A stretch of 64,000 nucleotides of DNA from a virus. Within the stretch, counting starts at the first letter, position 1, and every line of letters begins with the position of its first letter. Below are positions 18,741 through 28,420 of this stretch, one piece after another. Position numbers and translations under genes: made by a program. Below the pieces are notes generated by a model. The model was given only the letters and a program-made list of their open reading frames with translations. It was not told the origin of the DNA and searched no databases. The DNA lies in IMG/VR virus record IMGVR_UViG_3300003690_003472, positions 96,001 to 160,000 of that record, one strand, 5' to 3'.

Positions 18741-18912
18741 TTATATTCAAGCAGTATATGAACAGTTTTTTTATATGAAATACTATAGTTTTTGGGGCTT
18801 AGCCGAGCTTTATAGCTTGCCCGTTGGTTTACGAAAATGGTTTTTTCAAAGATTAACAGCACAAAAAGAAAAAGAATTAGAAGCACAAAAACAAGCAAAC
18901 AATCGTAGATAG
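18712..18912 (+). CDS. Downstream segment of the tail chaperone, probably reached by frameshift
   Basis: Overlaps the gp26-like 3' end in the +1 frame across a T7 run. YSLPVGLRKWFFQRL helix. Directly precedes the tape measure. Confidence 0.65.
   Translation: MLTFFGLTNDYIQAVYEQFFYMKYYSFWGLAELYSLPVGLRKWFFQRLTAQKEKELEAQKQANNRR
18717..18729 (+). other. Candidate programmed frameshift site GAC-TTT-TTT-TGG-C
   Basis: Seven consecutive T (18720-18726) shared by FFW (frame 0) and FFG (+1 frame). Confidence 0.6.
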
Positions 18913-18930
18913 CTAAAATTTTGCTTTTTT

Positions 18931-18938
18931 ACTAATTA
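18931..18938 (+). promoter_or_regulatory. Candidate late promoter ACTAATTA
   Basis: Recurrent motif before the tape measure. Confidence 0.6.
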
Positions 18939-18961
18939 TATTAGAACGGGAGCAACATTAA

Positions 18962-21304
18962 ATGGCCGATGATTTTAGTAAAAAACTAGCTAAATTACAA
19001 AAGGAAGCACCCGAAGCTGCAAAAGCGATTGAATTAGCTCTTGAAAAAGCAGATAAAAAATTTGGCTCGACAACAGAGGCCGCCTTGCGCTTGGCAGATG
19101 CTTTAATAAAAGGCGCAGATGCCCAAAAAGCCCTAAATACAGCCCTTGATAAAACCTATCAGAATTATTTAAAAGTTGCAACTGAAACAGAAAAAATAAA
19201 ACTTGCCGAGGATGCTCGCGTCGAAGCATACAAGCGCTTAAATACCCTTGTGGAACAAAGCAAGCAATTAGGCGCAGAAGAAAAAGAAAAATTTAGAACA
19301 ATTCTTGAAAGCCAGGAACTTCAGCTTAAAAATGCTGAAAAACAGGCAAAAACTATTCAAACCACCACAAAAGATTTAAAAAAACAGACAAAAGAAGTAG
19401 AAGACCAATACGGATGGTGGGAAAAGACTAAAGACGCTGTTCTCGGCATCGGCCTCGCTTTTGCAGCTATTAAAGCTGGTGGCGCTGCAGTAAAATTAAT
19501 TAAAGGCGCCAAAGGCTCATCAAAAGCTCTCAACGTTACATCAAAAAGTGCAAAAGCTGCTTCAAGTGCTCTTCATGGCGCCGACGATGCCGCAAGAAAT
19601 CTCTCTAAATCTACTAAAGGAGTTACCATGAGTGGCAAAGGCCTCGCCGCTAGCATTGCTGGGGGCGGCCTTTTGGGTGCAGGTGCTATATGGGGCGTTT
19701 ATAAGTTGGGGGATGCCATGGCGGCTGCCGGTCGAAAAATGAAAGAACTTATAACCTTTGCAGAAACAACGTATATGAGTCTTAGTGATTTAACCACCGG
19801 CTTCGCATCACTAACAGGACAAGTTCTAAATAGTGATTCCGCAGTCAGAAGAGGCGGAAAAGGAATGGCCAGTTTTGCTTCTAGGGTGATTCAACTTCAA
19901 AGAAGAAATCAGATGCTAGGCGCGTCCATAGAAAAGATCACCGAATCTTATAAGGAAATGTTTACAGCATCTCGTACTTTTGGAAAAGCAATGACTAGCA
20001 CTAGCGCAGGAAGCAGAAGAACAGCAGATAGTTTAGCGGAAATGGCTTTTAGATTTACAAAAGTTGGATTAACAACACAGAATTTTGCGGCCGCAGTAGA
20101 CGTTTTAGGAAAGACATATCGTAAATCTAAAATTATTGACGAGAGTAAATCTCTAGGTACTGAGCTTGTAAATATTGCTCGCGTTACTGGTCAACTTCCT
20201 GATATGGTTGCTAAAGACTTTGGTGGCGCAATGAATACGTTGGCTGCTTATTCTTTGCCAAAAGCACGAGAAATATTTAAGAAACTTTCCGCAACTGTTG
20301 CAGAGACAGGAATGGAAATGTCAGATCTTTTGGGCATTGCTGCAAAATTTGATGATATTGATGCTGCAGCCGAGTCAGTTGGCGAATTAAATGCAATGAT
20401 GGGAGGTCCGTACTTAAATACTCTTGACCTAGTTAATGCAAATGAAATAGAAAGAATTGAGCTTCTTAAAGAAGCCATGGACCAGACGGGAAAGAACTTT
20501 AATCAACAAGATCGATTTATGCAAAAGGCAATTGCGCAACAACTGGGCGTTGATGTACAGAAAGCTTCACGAATGTTTGCTGGAGATCAGGAAGCAATTA
20601 ATGAATCTACAAAAGCTATTGATACCCAAGGAGCTAGCTTTCAAAAGTTAGTTGGCAATGTTAGAGATGGCGCCGCTCGAAACGCTACTTCTATTAAAGA
20701 TCAAATGGCTGCCGTAAAAGAAAGTACAGTACTTATGGAAGGCGCCTTTGCTGCGATTGATAAAATGTCTCGCAAAGCTATGGGAACATTTCGCAGGTTG
20801 GGACATCGATTTCGGCAGGATATTGGCCAAAGTGTTGTTGGGGCGTTGCAGGATATTGAAAAGATGGTTCAATCCATGGCAGAAAGCGTAGAATCAGGAG
20901 GTAGCGCAATAACGGCGCTTGGTTCTGGAATAGGTTTGGCGTTGATGTCTCAAAAGCCGGGCCTCGCCTTGGCAGGTAGTTTAGCAAATAAGGCGCTGGG
21001 TAATCCTCTCGGCGGAGGCGCCGCAGCTGCTGGCCCCGGCGGCACCGTAGGATCTCAAGCCGAAGCAGCAAGCTTTACGGCCAGCCCTGCGACACAAACG
21101 CCAATTAGTATTGCAGAAATGGATCGAGCCACGCAGAGTGCTGTTGCTCAAAACGCAGGAATATCTAGAGAAGAATTGTTGGAAGTTATAGATAGACTAA
21201 GATCCGGCGAAATTGTTCTGAACGTTGATGGTCAAACGCTGGCAAGAGCATCTTCGCCGTTTATGCCAACAGCTACTGGAAATCCCGGAGGTAGAGGTTT
21301 ATGA
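18962..21304 (+). CDS. Tape measure protein
   Basis: 780 aa, Ala/Lys-rich and helical, downstream of the chaperone pair. C-terminal IVLNVDGQTLARA. Confidence 0.8.
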   Translation: MADDFSKKLAKLQKEAPEAAKAIELALEKADKKFGSTTEAALRLADALIKGADAQKALNTALDKTYQNYLKVATETEKIKLAEDARVEAYKRLNTLVEQSKQLGAEEKEKFRTILESQELQLKNAEKQAKTIQTTTKDLKKQTKEVEDQYGWWEKTKDAVLGIGLAFAAIKAGGAAVKLIKGAKGSSKALNVTSKSAKAASSALHGADDAARNLSKSTKGVTMSGKGLAASIAGGGLLGAGAIWGVYKLGDAMAAAGRKMKELITFAETTYMSLSDLTTGFASLTGQVLNSDSAVRRGGKGMASFASRVIQLQRRNQMLGASIEKITESYKEMFTASRTFGKAMTSTSAGSRRTADSLAEMAFRFTKVGLTTQNFAAAVDVLGKTYRKSKIIDESKSLGTELVNIARVTGQLPDMVAKDFGGAMNTLAAYSLPKAREIFKKLSATVAETGMEMSDLLGIAAKFDDIDAAAESVGELNAMMGGPYLNTLDLVNANEIERIELLKEAMDQTGKNFNQQDRFMQKAIAQQLGVDVQKASRMFAGDQEAINESTKAIDTQGASFQKLVGNVRDGAARNATSIKDQMAAVKESTVLMEGAFAAIDKMSRKAMGTFRRLGHRFRQDIGQSVVGALQDIEKMVQSMAESVESGGSAITALGSGIGLALMSQKPGLALAGSLANKALGNPLGGGAAAAGPGGTVGSQAEAASFTASPATQTPISIAEMDRATQSAVAQNAGISREELLEVIDRLRSGEIVLNVDGQTLARASSPFMPTATGNPGGRGL

Positions 21305-22302
21305 GTTTAGATAATAGATCAGCGGCAATGGCTTCGGGAAAAAATCAGAAGACAATACCGCCAAGAAAAAAGGCATATGCAAAATTCATTTTTGAACCAC
21401 TACACATTAGTGTTGGAGCACTAGAACTTCCTGTGGAAAATTTAACAATTAGTCAAAATTTTTCTCCTAACTATAACACAGAAGAAGCATATGGTCGAAT
21501 GGATCCAATTACTACTTATAAAAACACTACAAGAAAATTAAACATACAATTTAGTTGTCAATCTCATCAAATTTTTGACGGAGAAAGGGGTGTTGTTAGC
21601 AACATTCATCAAGTTAATGTTTTGACACAATTTTTATATCCTTCATATGAAGATATAGGCGCAGCGGATCAATTAGCTATATTAAAAGCGCCTCCATTTT
21701 TTAGGATAACATATGGAAATTATATAGGAAGCTTTAATGAGTTGGGCAGCATATTAGGAAACGATTCTGGTATAACTGGATTTATTACAAATTTCTCTCA
21801 TCAACTAGGCCCTGTTGCACGAAATGTTGCCCATGGGCGGTGGATGTCTAGAACACCAGAAGGAAAAAACTTCCCTGAACCGATTCGCGCTCTTCCAAGA
21901 GAAATCAAAATTAGTTTTAATTTTACTGTTGTACACGATAAAAGTGTGGGTTGGACTAAAGTAGGCGGAAACTATATATTTAGCCATCAAGGCTATGGAG
22001 GAAACTTTCCTTATAATGTAGGCAACTTTCAAGTTCAAGAGGCTGCTATGGAGCAAACAGCTGCATATCTTGCGGCTGAAAAAAATGCTGCTACACAAGA
22101 CAGTTGGTGGAGTAGCGACAAAGCAAAAGCAAAATCAGCGACAGACACAAAAAAGGCTGTTGAGAAGGCAGAGTCATCTCAAGGCGCATTACAACAGGTA
22201 AGCCAAGCTCAAGCTGATGCAGCTGTGGGCCTTGGTGCTAAAGAATTCCTGAAAACACAAACAAGCTGGGGTAAATCATCAACACCGTCCGGATGGGAAT
22301 AA
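21301..22302 (+). CDS. Baseplate/tube-initiator protein
   Basis: YGRMDPITTYKNTTRKLNIQF, LYPSY, APPFFRITYG, GFIT.FS motifs. Follows the TMP. Confidence 0.6.
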   Translation: MSLDNRSAAMASGKNQKTIPPRKKAYAKFIFEPLHISVGALELPVENLTISQNFSPNYNTEEAYGRMDPITTYKNTTRKLNIQFSCQSHQIFDGERGVVSNIHQVNVLTQFLYPSYEDIGAADQLAILKAPPFFRITYGNYIGSFNELGSILGNDSGITGFITNFSHQLGPVARNVAHGRWMSRTPEGKNFPEPIRALPREIKISFNFTVVHDKSVGWTKVGGNYIFSHQGYGGNFPYNVGNFQVQEAAMEQTAAYLAAEKNAATQDSWWSSDKAKAKSATDTKKAVEKAESSQGALQQVSQAQADAAVGLGAKEFLKTQTSWGKSSTPSGWE

Positions 22303-22323
22303 GGTCAATAGGGAGAAACACAT

Positions 22324-22665
22324 ATGCCATTTAGCAGATATAATCGAAACACTGTAATCCGCACACAGACACAAGAATACTCAAAACAGCTTTCAGAAAG
22401 AAAGGTGTCTCATATTGATCATTTTAGCACTGTAGAGTTTAAATATCCTCCTGCAAACGTCCTAGGTTCTTTAAAAATTGATAAAGAATATTGGGGAGTT
22501 GGCACTCGCTTTTATAAATTAGCTAATAAGTACTATGGAGATCCTACGTTGTGGTGGGTAATACCATGGTTTAATAAAGTTCCTTTAGAATCCGATTATT
22601 CTGCTGGAGATGTAATTATGATCCCACACCCAATAGAGATTGTATTAGAATATTTTAGGAAATAA
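22324..22665 (+). CDS. LysM-like baseplate protein (gp53/GpX-like)
   Basis: RFYKLANKYYGDPTLWWVI..FN.....GDVIMIP. Confidence 0.8.
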   Translation: MPFSRYNRNTVIRTQTQEYSKQLSERKVSHIDHFSTVEFKYPPANVLGSLKIDKEYWGVGTRFYKLANKYYGDPTLWWVIPWFNKVPLESDYSAGDVIMIPHPIEIVLEYFRK

Positions 22666-22671
22666 AAACCT

Positions 22672-25600
22672 ATGGGAAACCCAAGAAAAAGAAGGGGCAC
22701 ACAAAAAAATTGTGGCAAAGGAGCCTCAAGACAACTAACGGGTGCCAAAGCAAAACATGCATGGATGAGGCAAGCCTTTTTAATGTGTTTTGTACACCCC
22801 TTGGTGGATCCAATCAAATATGCGCCACTTACTGCAACAAAACCATCTCCAGATGATTCTTCTAAATATATTAAAAAAGTAGAGTCGACTAAAAAAAATG
22901 AATCTCTTGTCAACCTCTTAACGACAAGCGCTGACGTTATGACATTCCTCAATGGACGCCCAATTGATTATAGTCAGTTAGTTCCACAGATACAAATATA
23001 TAAAGTTTATGTAAAAAACAAAAAAGAAGTGGGAGAGGTTTTATTGCCGTTTCAATCAACAACAGACTTTCAACAATGGAAGGATAATGCAGGCGCCGAC
23101 GGCAGCTTATTTAGAGGCCGAGAGGCTGGTATACAAGATGTTCAAATAAAAATGGATGGGCGCGGACGCAATCCCGTTTCTGCAAACGTTATGCACCTTA
23201 CAATTAAATATTTCTTTAATGACGTAAAAACCTTGTTTGCTCCATTGGATATTGATCCTTTTTCGGCTAAGAGTCAAAATGCTAAACTCAATGCTGTTAC
23301 TTATTCAGATTTAATAAGATATCCACCAAGCACCCTCGATGTTGATTCAAGTCCCACTTCGTTGGATGCATCTTTTAGAATAAGGCTTATAATGGGGTGG
23401 TCCGTCAATGAAGAAAATTCAATTTTAGATCCCGCTTTCAGTAAGGCAGCAAAAGATGCTAAAATTAATTTTATTGGAGATTTATTTACCCATCAATTAG
23501 ATTTCAGGGAAGATGGGTCATTAGTTATTACAGCTGAATATAAAGGCGCCCTAGAAACCGCTTTTGCATCTACGGCTGCGAATATATTACATAATATAAA
23601 TCTTGACGAAAGCAACACTCTCGCAGGAATCAAAGCTGAGTTAAACAAGGTTGAAGCAACAGAATGGGCTAGCGTGAAAATAACGGGTGCAGGAAAAAGA
23701 AAGAAGATAAGTGAAATTACAACGGCACTAGAAACTTTGAAGCGGTATAGTGATGCTCGCGACGCATTTAAACAAATACTTAAAAAATCACCATATCCAG
23801 CTGAAATAGTAAAAAATTATAATAAAGCTTTGGGAGGCTATCAAAAAGCATTTTCTAATGCGTCGTTTCTCAAAGGAAAAGCCGGAAAAAAACTATTAGA
23901 TGCTGCAAAAAGTTTAAAAATTGATGTATATCCTAAGAAAAATGAAAAACTTGACAAACAAACAAAGATTGCGCTAGAGAAGGAAAGAAAAGCACAAGTA
24001 GGAAATAAACAAAAGCTGAAGAAGATTTTAGATAAAATTAATAAACGAAAACAACAATTAGGAGCACAAATAAACGCAGTTGAAGCGAGTATAAAATCTG
24101 GACATCTTTTTGGATATGTTCTTGATTTAATGGATAAAAACATGGTAGCATATGTCTATACCGACAAAAAAAGCGCATATGCTAATTGGGTAAGACTTCG
24201 AACATATTACGAATCTGGCGAATTTACTAAGGAAGGAGCATTAGAAAAAACAAACAAACTTTTAGGCGTTTTACGAAAAGAAAAATCAAAAACCACAGAA
24301 CCGCCTGCGAAGGGAGACCCCAAAGCCACCGCACAAGGTAAAAAAGGCAAAAAAAGCGGTTCTTCATCTCAGCAAGCCACACAACTGTTGAGAACCGGCG
24401 AATATAAGGGCGGCGATAAGATATTTTTCTTTAGATTAGGTGATTTATTAAGTGTGATATTCGATAAAGGACAATTTGGAGCAAATTTAGAGAATTTGTG
24501 TCCTGATTTTAAAATTCTTTTAGGACAATATTATTTTTACAACATAGATGCATCAGACAGAGGCGGAACTGAATCAACAAGTTTATATGATTTGCCTATT
24601 TCTTTGGAAATATTTAATGCATTTATATCTCAAAGAGTTGTTGGCAGTGGCAGATCAAACTATCCCTTGATAGCGTTTATTTGGGATTTAATCAAGTTTG
24701 TTATGGATAAAACTATGAGTAGCTTTGGAAAAGCTAGATCTGGTGCCGATAATCCATTTATAGACCCAATAAATTTTAAATTAGACATGACAGCTGTTGA
24801 TTTGCTTAAAGTAGATTTAGAGGGCGGAGGCGCCCTTTCAGTGAGCGACAATAAGAACATAAATACAGTAAAAATTCAAAAAACCCCTATAAACCAAATA
24901 TCAAATACTTTTTTATTTCATGCGCATGGAGGCCCCTTTAATAAAAGAATACAAATTGAACGAAGGGCTAATATAGCAGAAGATGCAAATGACGGTATAG
25001 TACATTTTTATGTTGGAGGCCCAAACAGAGGAATATTAAAAAGTATTAAATTTCAGGAAACCAAAAATACTCTTTTTAGCACAGCATTAATGAGAAATGG
25101 ACAAAATGGAGGACTTGACTCGGGCCGCGGAGTTATTAGGCCTACTAAATTTAATTGCGAGGTAGTATTAGTTGGAAATCCATATTTTTATATTGGTCAA
25201 ATGTTTTATGTTAACAGTGAATTAATTAGTTCTGGTCATTTCCGCGCAGAAAAAATAATGAATGGAGGTTATTATATAGTTACAGCTGTTGAAAGTCGCC
25301 TTTCAGCAAATGGGTGGGAAACAAGAATTAGAGGAGTTATGAATATACCAGACACTAATCTTAAATTTTCTCAAATACATATGCCCGTGAGACCTTTAAG
25401 AACTTTATCGGGTGAAAATATGCAAAAAATCTTAGATATGCAACCTAGTTTAAATCAAGCTAGCAACGCTACAAGTAATGTTCCCAAAACAGCAACAACA
25501 ACCAATCCGCCGCCCAAAACAAAAACTGATAAAAAGGGAAAAGCAGCCCCATCTAAATCCGAGAAAGATCCAAAGGCACACGCTGCAGAAATTCCCATTA

Positions 25601-25731
25601 CAGTGGATCATTTTGCGCGCGGCGCCGGGGGGCACGACGCGCGCGGTGCCGGGGCATATGGAGAAGAGACCGACTGGGAAGAAACTGGTATTCCTGAACG
25701 TTGGAAGAAATATTTTTCCAAACAACAATAA
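22672..25731 (+). CDS. Baseplate hub protein (gp27/VgrG-like) with a large insertion
   Basis: C-terminal CEVVLVGNPYFYIGQMFYV...GGYYIVTAVESRLSANGWETRI, typical of hub proteins. Follows the LysM gene. Confidence 0.65.
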   Translation: MGNPRKRRGTQKNCGKGASRQLTGAKAKHAWMRQAFLMCFVHPLVDPIKYAPLTATKPSPDDSSKYIKKVESTKKNESLVNLLTTSADVMTFLNGRPIDYSQLVPQIQIYKVYVKNKKEVGEVLLPFQSTTDFQQWKDNAGADGSLFRGREAGIQDVQIKMDGRGRNPVSANVMHLTIKYFFNDVKTLFAPLDIDPFSAKSQNAKLNAVTYSDLIRYPPSTLDVDSSPTSLDASFRIRLIMGWSVNEENSILDPAFSKAAKDAKINFIGDLFTHQLDFREDGSLVITAEYKGALETAFASTAANILHNINLDESNTLAGIKAELNKVEATEWASVKITGAGKRKKISEITTALETLKRYSDARDAFKQILKKSPYPAEIVKNYNKALGGYQKAFSNASFLKGKAGKKLLDAAKSLKIDVYPKKNEKLDKQTKIALEKERKAQVGNKQKLKKILDKINKRKQQLGAQINAVEASIKSGHLFGYVLDLMDKNMVAYVYTDKKSAYANWVRLRTYYESGEFTKEGALEKTNKLLGVLRKEKSKTTEPPAKGDPKATAQGKKGKKSGSSSQQATQLLRTGEYKGGDKIFFFRLGDLLSVIFDKGQFGANLENLCPDFKILLGQYYFYNIDASDRGGTESTSLYDLPISLEIFNAFISQRVVGSGRSNYPLIAFIWDLIKFVMDKTMSSFGKARSGADNPFIDPINFKLDMTAVDLLKVDLEGGGALSVSDNKNINTVKIQKTPINQISNTFLFHAHGGPFNKRIQIERRANIAEDANDGIVHFYVGGPNRGILKSIKFQETKNTLFSTALMRNGQNGGLDSGRGVIRPTKFNCEVVLVGNPYFYIGQMFYVNSELISSGHFRAEKIMNGGYYIVTAVESRLSANGWETRIRGVMNIPDTNLKFSQIHMPVRPLRTLSGENMQKILDMQPSLNQASNATSNVPKTATTTNPPPKTKTDKKGKAAPSKSEKDPKAHAAEIPITVDHFARGAGGHDARGAGAYGEETDWEETGIPERWKKYFSKQQ

Positions 25732-25763
25732 GATATATATCTTAAATTAAATTTTTTAATCTT

Positions 25764-25771
25764 TCTATTTA
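25764..25771 (+). promoter_or_regulatory. Candidate late promoter TCTATTTA
   Basis: Motif variant before ATG 25791. Confidence 0.5.
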
Positions 25772-25790
25772 TAAAGAGAGGAAAAAGTAA

Positions 25791-27188
25791 ATGGCTTTTA
25801 TTGATCCACCACCAGAAGGTTCTAACGAAATAACAAATCCAGATTTATTTAGAGAGCGCCTCCTGTATAAGCAACAAACATTTTTACGACCCACAAAAAC
25901 TTCGTATGATCCAGTTCCGATTGATATGATTCATGAAAAACCTTTTTATGGAAAAGTTGATATATATGGAAATACCGTTTATCCTTCTGAGGGGGGCCGA
26001 TATCGTGGCATGAAGCAATTACCTGGCCCGGGCCTTATATTGGTACACGATTTTGTGGCCTATCAGTTTAAACAGCTTAAGAATTTTTTACTTCCCTCTC
26101 TCCTCTCCAAAGAACGCGTTCTTTCTAGCATGTTCGGTGATTATGTTCCAAAATCTGCTACTATAAATTTTCATCAACTTTATCAAAAACATTTCAAAAC
26201 AGAAGTTTATCCTGTTTTTGCCAACGATTATATAACTAGGCCCGAAATTAATAGAAATATTAAAACTTTTGATGACTTGGTGGATAAGTTTGTTAAATTT
26301 TCCATTGTAATGAGAGATCATTTTCCAATAACAAAGACTGCATTTATCATGTCTCCTTCTTGTCCTAATGCAGTTAGTGGGTTAATAATTAACCTACGTA
26401 ACAAATTGGCAGCTGATGATGATGGTCTTAAATATGAACAATTTATTTCAGATCCATGTTTTCGTAAATATGTAAGGGTTGTATCATCTTATGGTTTTTA
26501 TGTTGACAAAAATGTCCCATGGCGCATTGTAGCCAATTTAGATCATCCATCTTGGGAATCAGCATATGCTTCAGTAGGATCAACCGGCCTTGTTGATAAT
26601 CACATATTTTCTGAATATTTTTACAAATCTGAATATTTTTCATATGAAACACTTAAGTCAAATTTGTGGTGGATTTATTTGAAATTATCTAGAAACCCAG
26701 ACACAGAAGATTGGGGACACACATATGTCACAAAAAATTGTATGAGAGCTTTATGGTCGGATGCTGCTAGTCATAATTTTAAAACAATTACCGCCCGGGG
26801 TAAGAGAAAGCCAATATCCGAAAATTATGACACTTTTCAAGAAACGTACCCAGATGCCTTCTTTTTACCTATTTACCTTAAAATAAGAGCTAGTGAAAGC
26901 AGACTTAGATGGAAACCTCGTACCTTTCGTTCAACTTTGAAAAGGGTTTTACATGTTTATGACACACGAGGCATCACAAAAGCTCTTGAATTAATTGGCG
27001 ATATAACAAAACAATCGAAAGTATATCTTTATAATCCTTTGACAAAAGAGAGTCTAATACGTTATTTTGGATTTTCTACAAGTTCGGGCTTGCATTCTTA
27101 TTTAAGAGATGATATTATACAAATTGACTTAGAAGAACGCGCCGCTGAAATGGCAGAAGAAGATAAATTATTAGATGAGATGCTTTAA
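25791..27188 (+). CDS. Hypothetical protein (probably late/virion)
   Basis: 465-aa ORF with RBS and late motif. No family recognised. Confidence 0.6.
   Translation: MAFIDPPPEGSNEITNPDLFRERLLYKQQTFLRPTKTSYDPVPIDMIHEKPFYGKVDIYGNTVYPSEGGRYRGMKQLPGPGLILVHDFVAYQFKQLKNFLLPSLLSKERVLSSMFGDYVPKSATINFHQLYQKHFKTEVYPVFANDYITRPEINRNIKTFDDLVDKFVKFSIVMRDHFPITKTAFIMSPSCPNAVSGLIINLRNKLAADDDGLKYEQFISDPCFRKYVRVVSSYGFYVDKNVPWRIVANLDHPSWESAYASVGSTGLVDNHIFSEYFYKSEYFSYETLKSNLWWIYLKLSRNPDTEDWGHTYVTKNCMRALWSDAASHNFKTITARGKRKPISENYDTFQETYPDAFFLPIYLKIRASESRLRWKPRTFRSTLKRVLHVYDTRGITKALELIGDITKQSKVYLYNPLTKESLIRYFGFSTSSGLHSYLRDDIIQIDLEERAAEMAEEDKLLDEML
27090..27118 (+). promoter_or_regulatory. sigma70-type promoter for the replication operon
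   Basis: TTGCAT-N17-TATTAT with TG extension, inside the upstream ORF. Confidence 0.5.
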
Positions 27189-27229
27189 ATACATTTTACT
27201 AGCGCTGTATACAGTATATTATATTTAAA

Positions 27230-28420
27230 ATGATTTTTCAAACGTTTGATGATAAAAAAAATTGTTATGCCATTTATGCAAATAATAAGATTTACTCAAA
27301 AGGCGCACCCTCACGACTGAACCTAACATCGACTTGGGATTATTCTGAATTTCTGAGAGACAAGGATATTTTATATGCAAAATATTATTGTGGTGGAAAG
27401 CCCCTTTCAGAAATATGCCCAGAACATCTTAAGGGAGAGTGGAAAAGTGTTTTTAATAAATTAAAAGCCTTTTATAGATCTATTAACGAGACAAAATTAA
27501 ATTTAAGTGAGCATTGTTTTTATGATATGCTTCCTTCTTATATCTTGTTAGAGTATGGAAAGATTAAAAACAAAATTTGTTCTTATATATTTGAAAATTA
27601 TGAAAAACCATTAGATTATAAATTTAAAGTTGAGCTGACAAAAGTTTTAACTGAAATGAAGAATAAAAAGTTGAATATTGATCTCTTGGCTATGAAAAGT
27701 CGTCGGCATGAGTTTAAAGTTCGTCAGTTCATTAAGAAAATAAAAGAAACACCACCTTTTGTTGTTTATGATGCATGCGGCACAAAAACAGGAAGATTGA
27801 CATCAAAGAAGTTTCCCATATTAACTATGGACAAAAGTTTTCGAAAAATATTAAAACCGAACAATAGCTGGTTTTTAGAACTTGACTATAATGCAGCAGA
27901 ACTTCGTGTGTTGCTTGGCTTATTGGACACAGAACAACCAAAAGAAGATATACATACTTGGAATCTACAAAATGTTTATAAAGGAATTGGAACAAGAGAA
28001 AAAGCTAAAAAAAGAATATTTGCATGGCTATATAATCCCAAATCAAAAGATTACATTTCTAGTCGAGTATATAATCGAGAAGAACTTTTAGAAAAGTATT
28101 GGGATGGCGAATATGTAAAAACATACTTTAATAGAGAAATCAAAGCAGACGAAAAACATGCCTTGAATTATATTGTACAATCAACTGCTGCAGATTTGTT
28201 TTTGCGCCAAATGATCAAAGTGTGGGAATATTTAAAAGATAAAAAATCTTACATTGCTTTTTGCTTGCATGATTCTTTGGTGATTGATTTGCACACAGAA
28301 GACGAGATGCAAATAAATGACATAAAAGAAATTTTTGAAGATACTGAACTAGGTAAATTTAAAGTTAATTCGTATGGTGGAAAAAACTTTAAGGATATGA
28401 AGAGGTTAAACGTAAAATAG
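27230..28420 (+). CDS. polA: Minimal family-A DNA polymerase (polymerase domain only)
   Basis: KTGRLTS. Motif A LDYNAAELR, motif B REKAKKRIFAWLY, motif C LHDSLVID. No exonuclease motifs recognised. Confidence 0.85.
   Translation: MIFQTFDDKKNCYAIYANNKIYSKGAPSRLNLTSTWDYSEFLRDKDILYAKYYCGGKPLSEICPEHLKGEWKSVFNKLKAFYRSINETKLNLSEHCFYDMLPSYILLEYGKIKNKICSYIFENYEKPLDYKFKVELTKVLTEMKNKKLNIDLLAMKSRRHEFKVRQFIKKIKETPPFVVYDACGTKTGRLTSKKFPILTMDKSFRKILKPNNSWFLELDYNAAELRVLLGLLDTEQPKEDIHTWNLQNVYKGIGTREKAKKRIFAWLYNPKSKDYISSRVYNREELLEKYWDGEYVKTYFNREIKADEKHALNYIVQSTAADLFLRQMIKVWEYLKDKKSYIAFCLHDSLVIDLHTEDEMQINDIKEIFEDTELGKFKVNSYGGKNFKDMKRLNVK

Noticed and set aside
25613-25655. GC-rich patches (also 21000-21050, 31484-31530, 60868-60880) in an AT-rich genome
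   Set aside because: Explained by Gly/Ala/Arg/Pro codons. A real motif bias could only be shown by k-mer statistics I cannot run.
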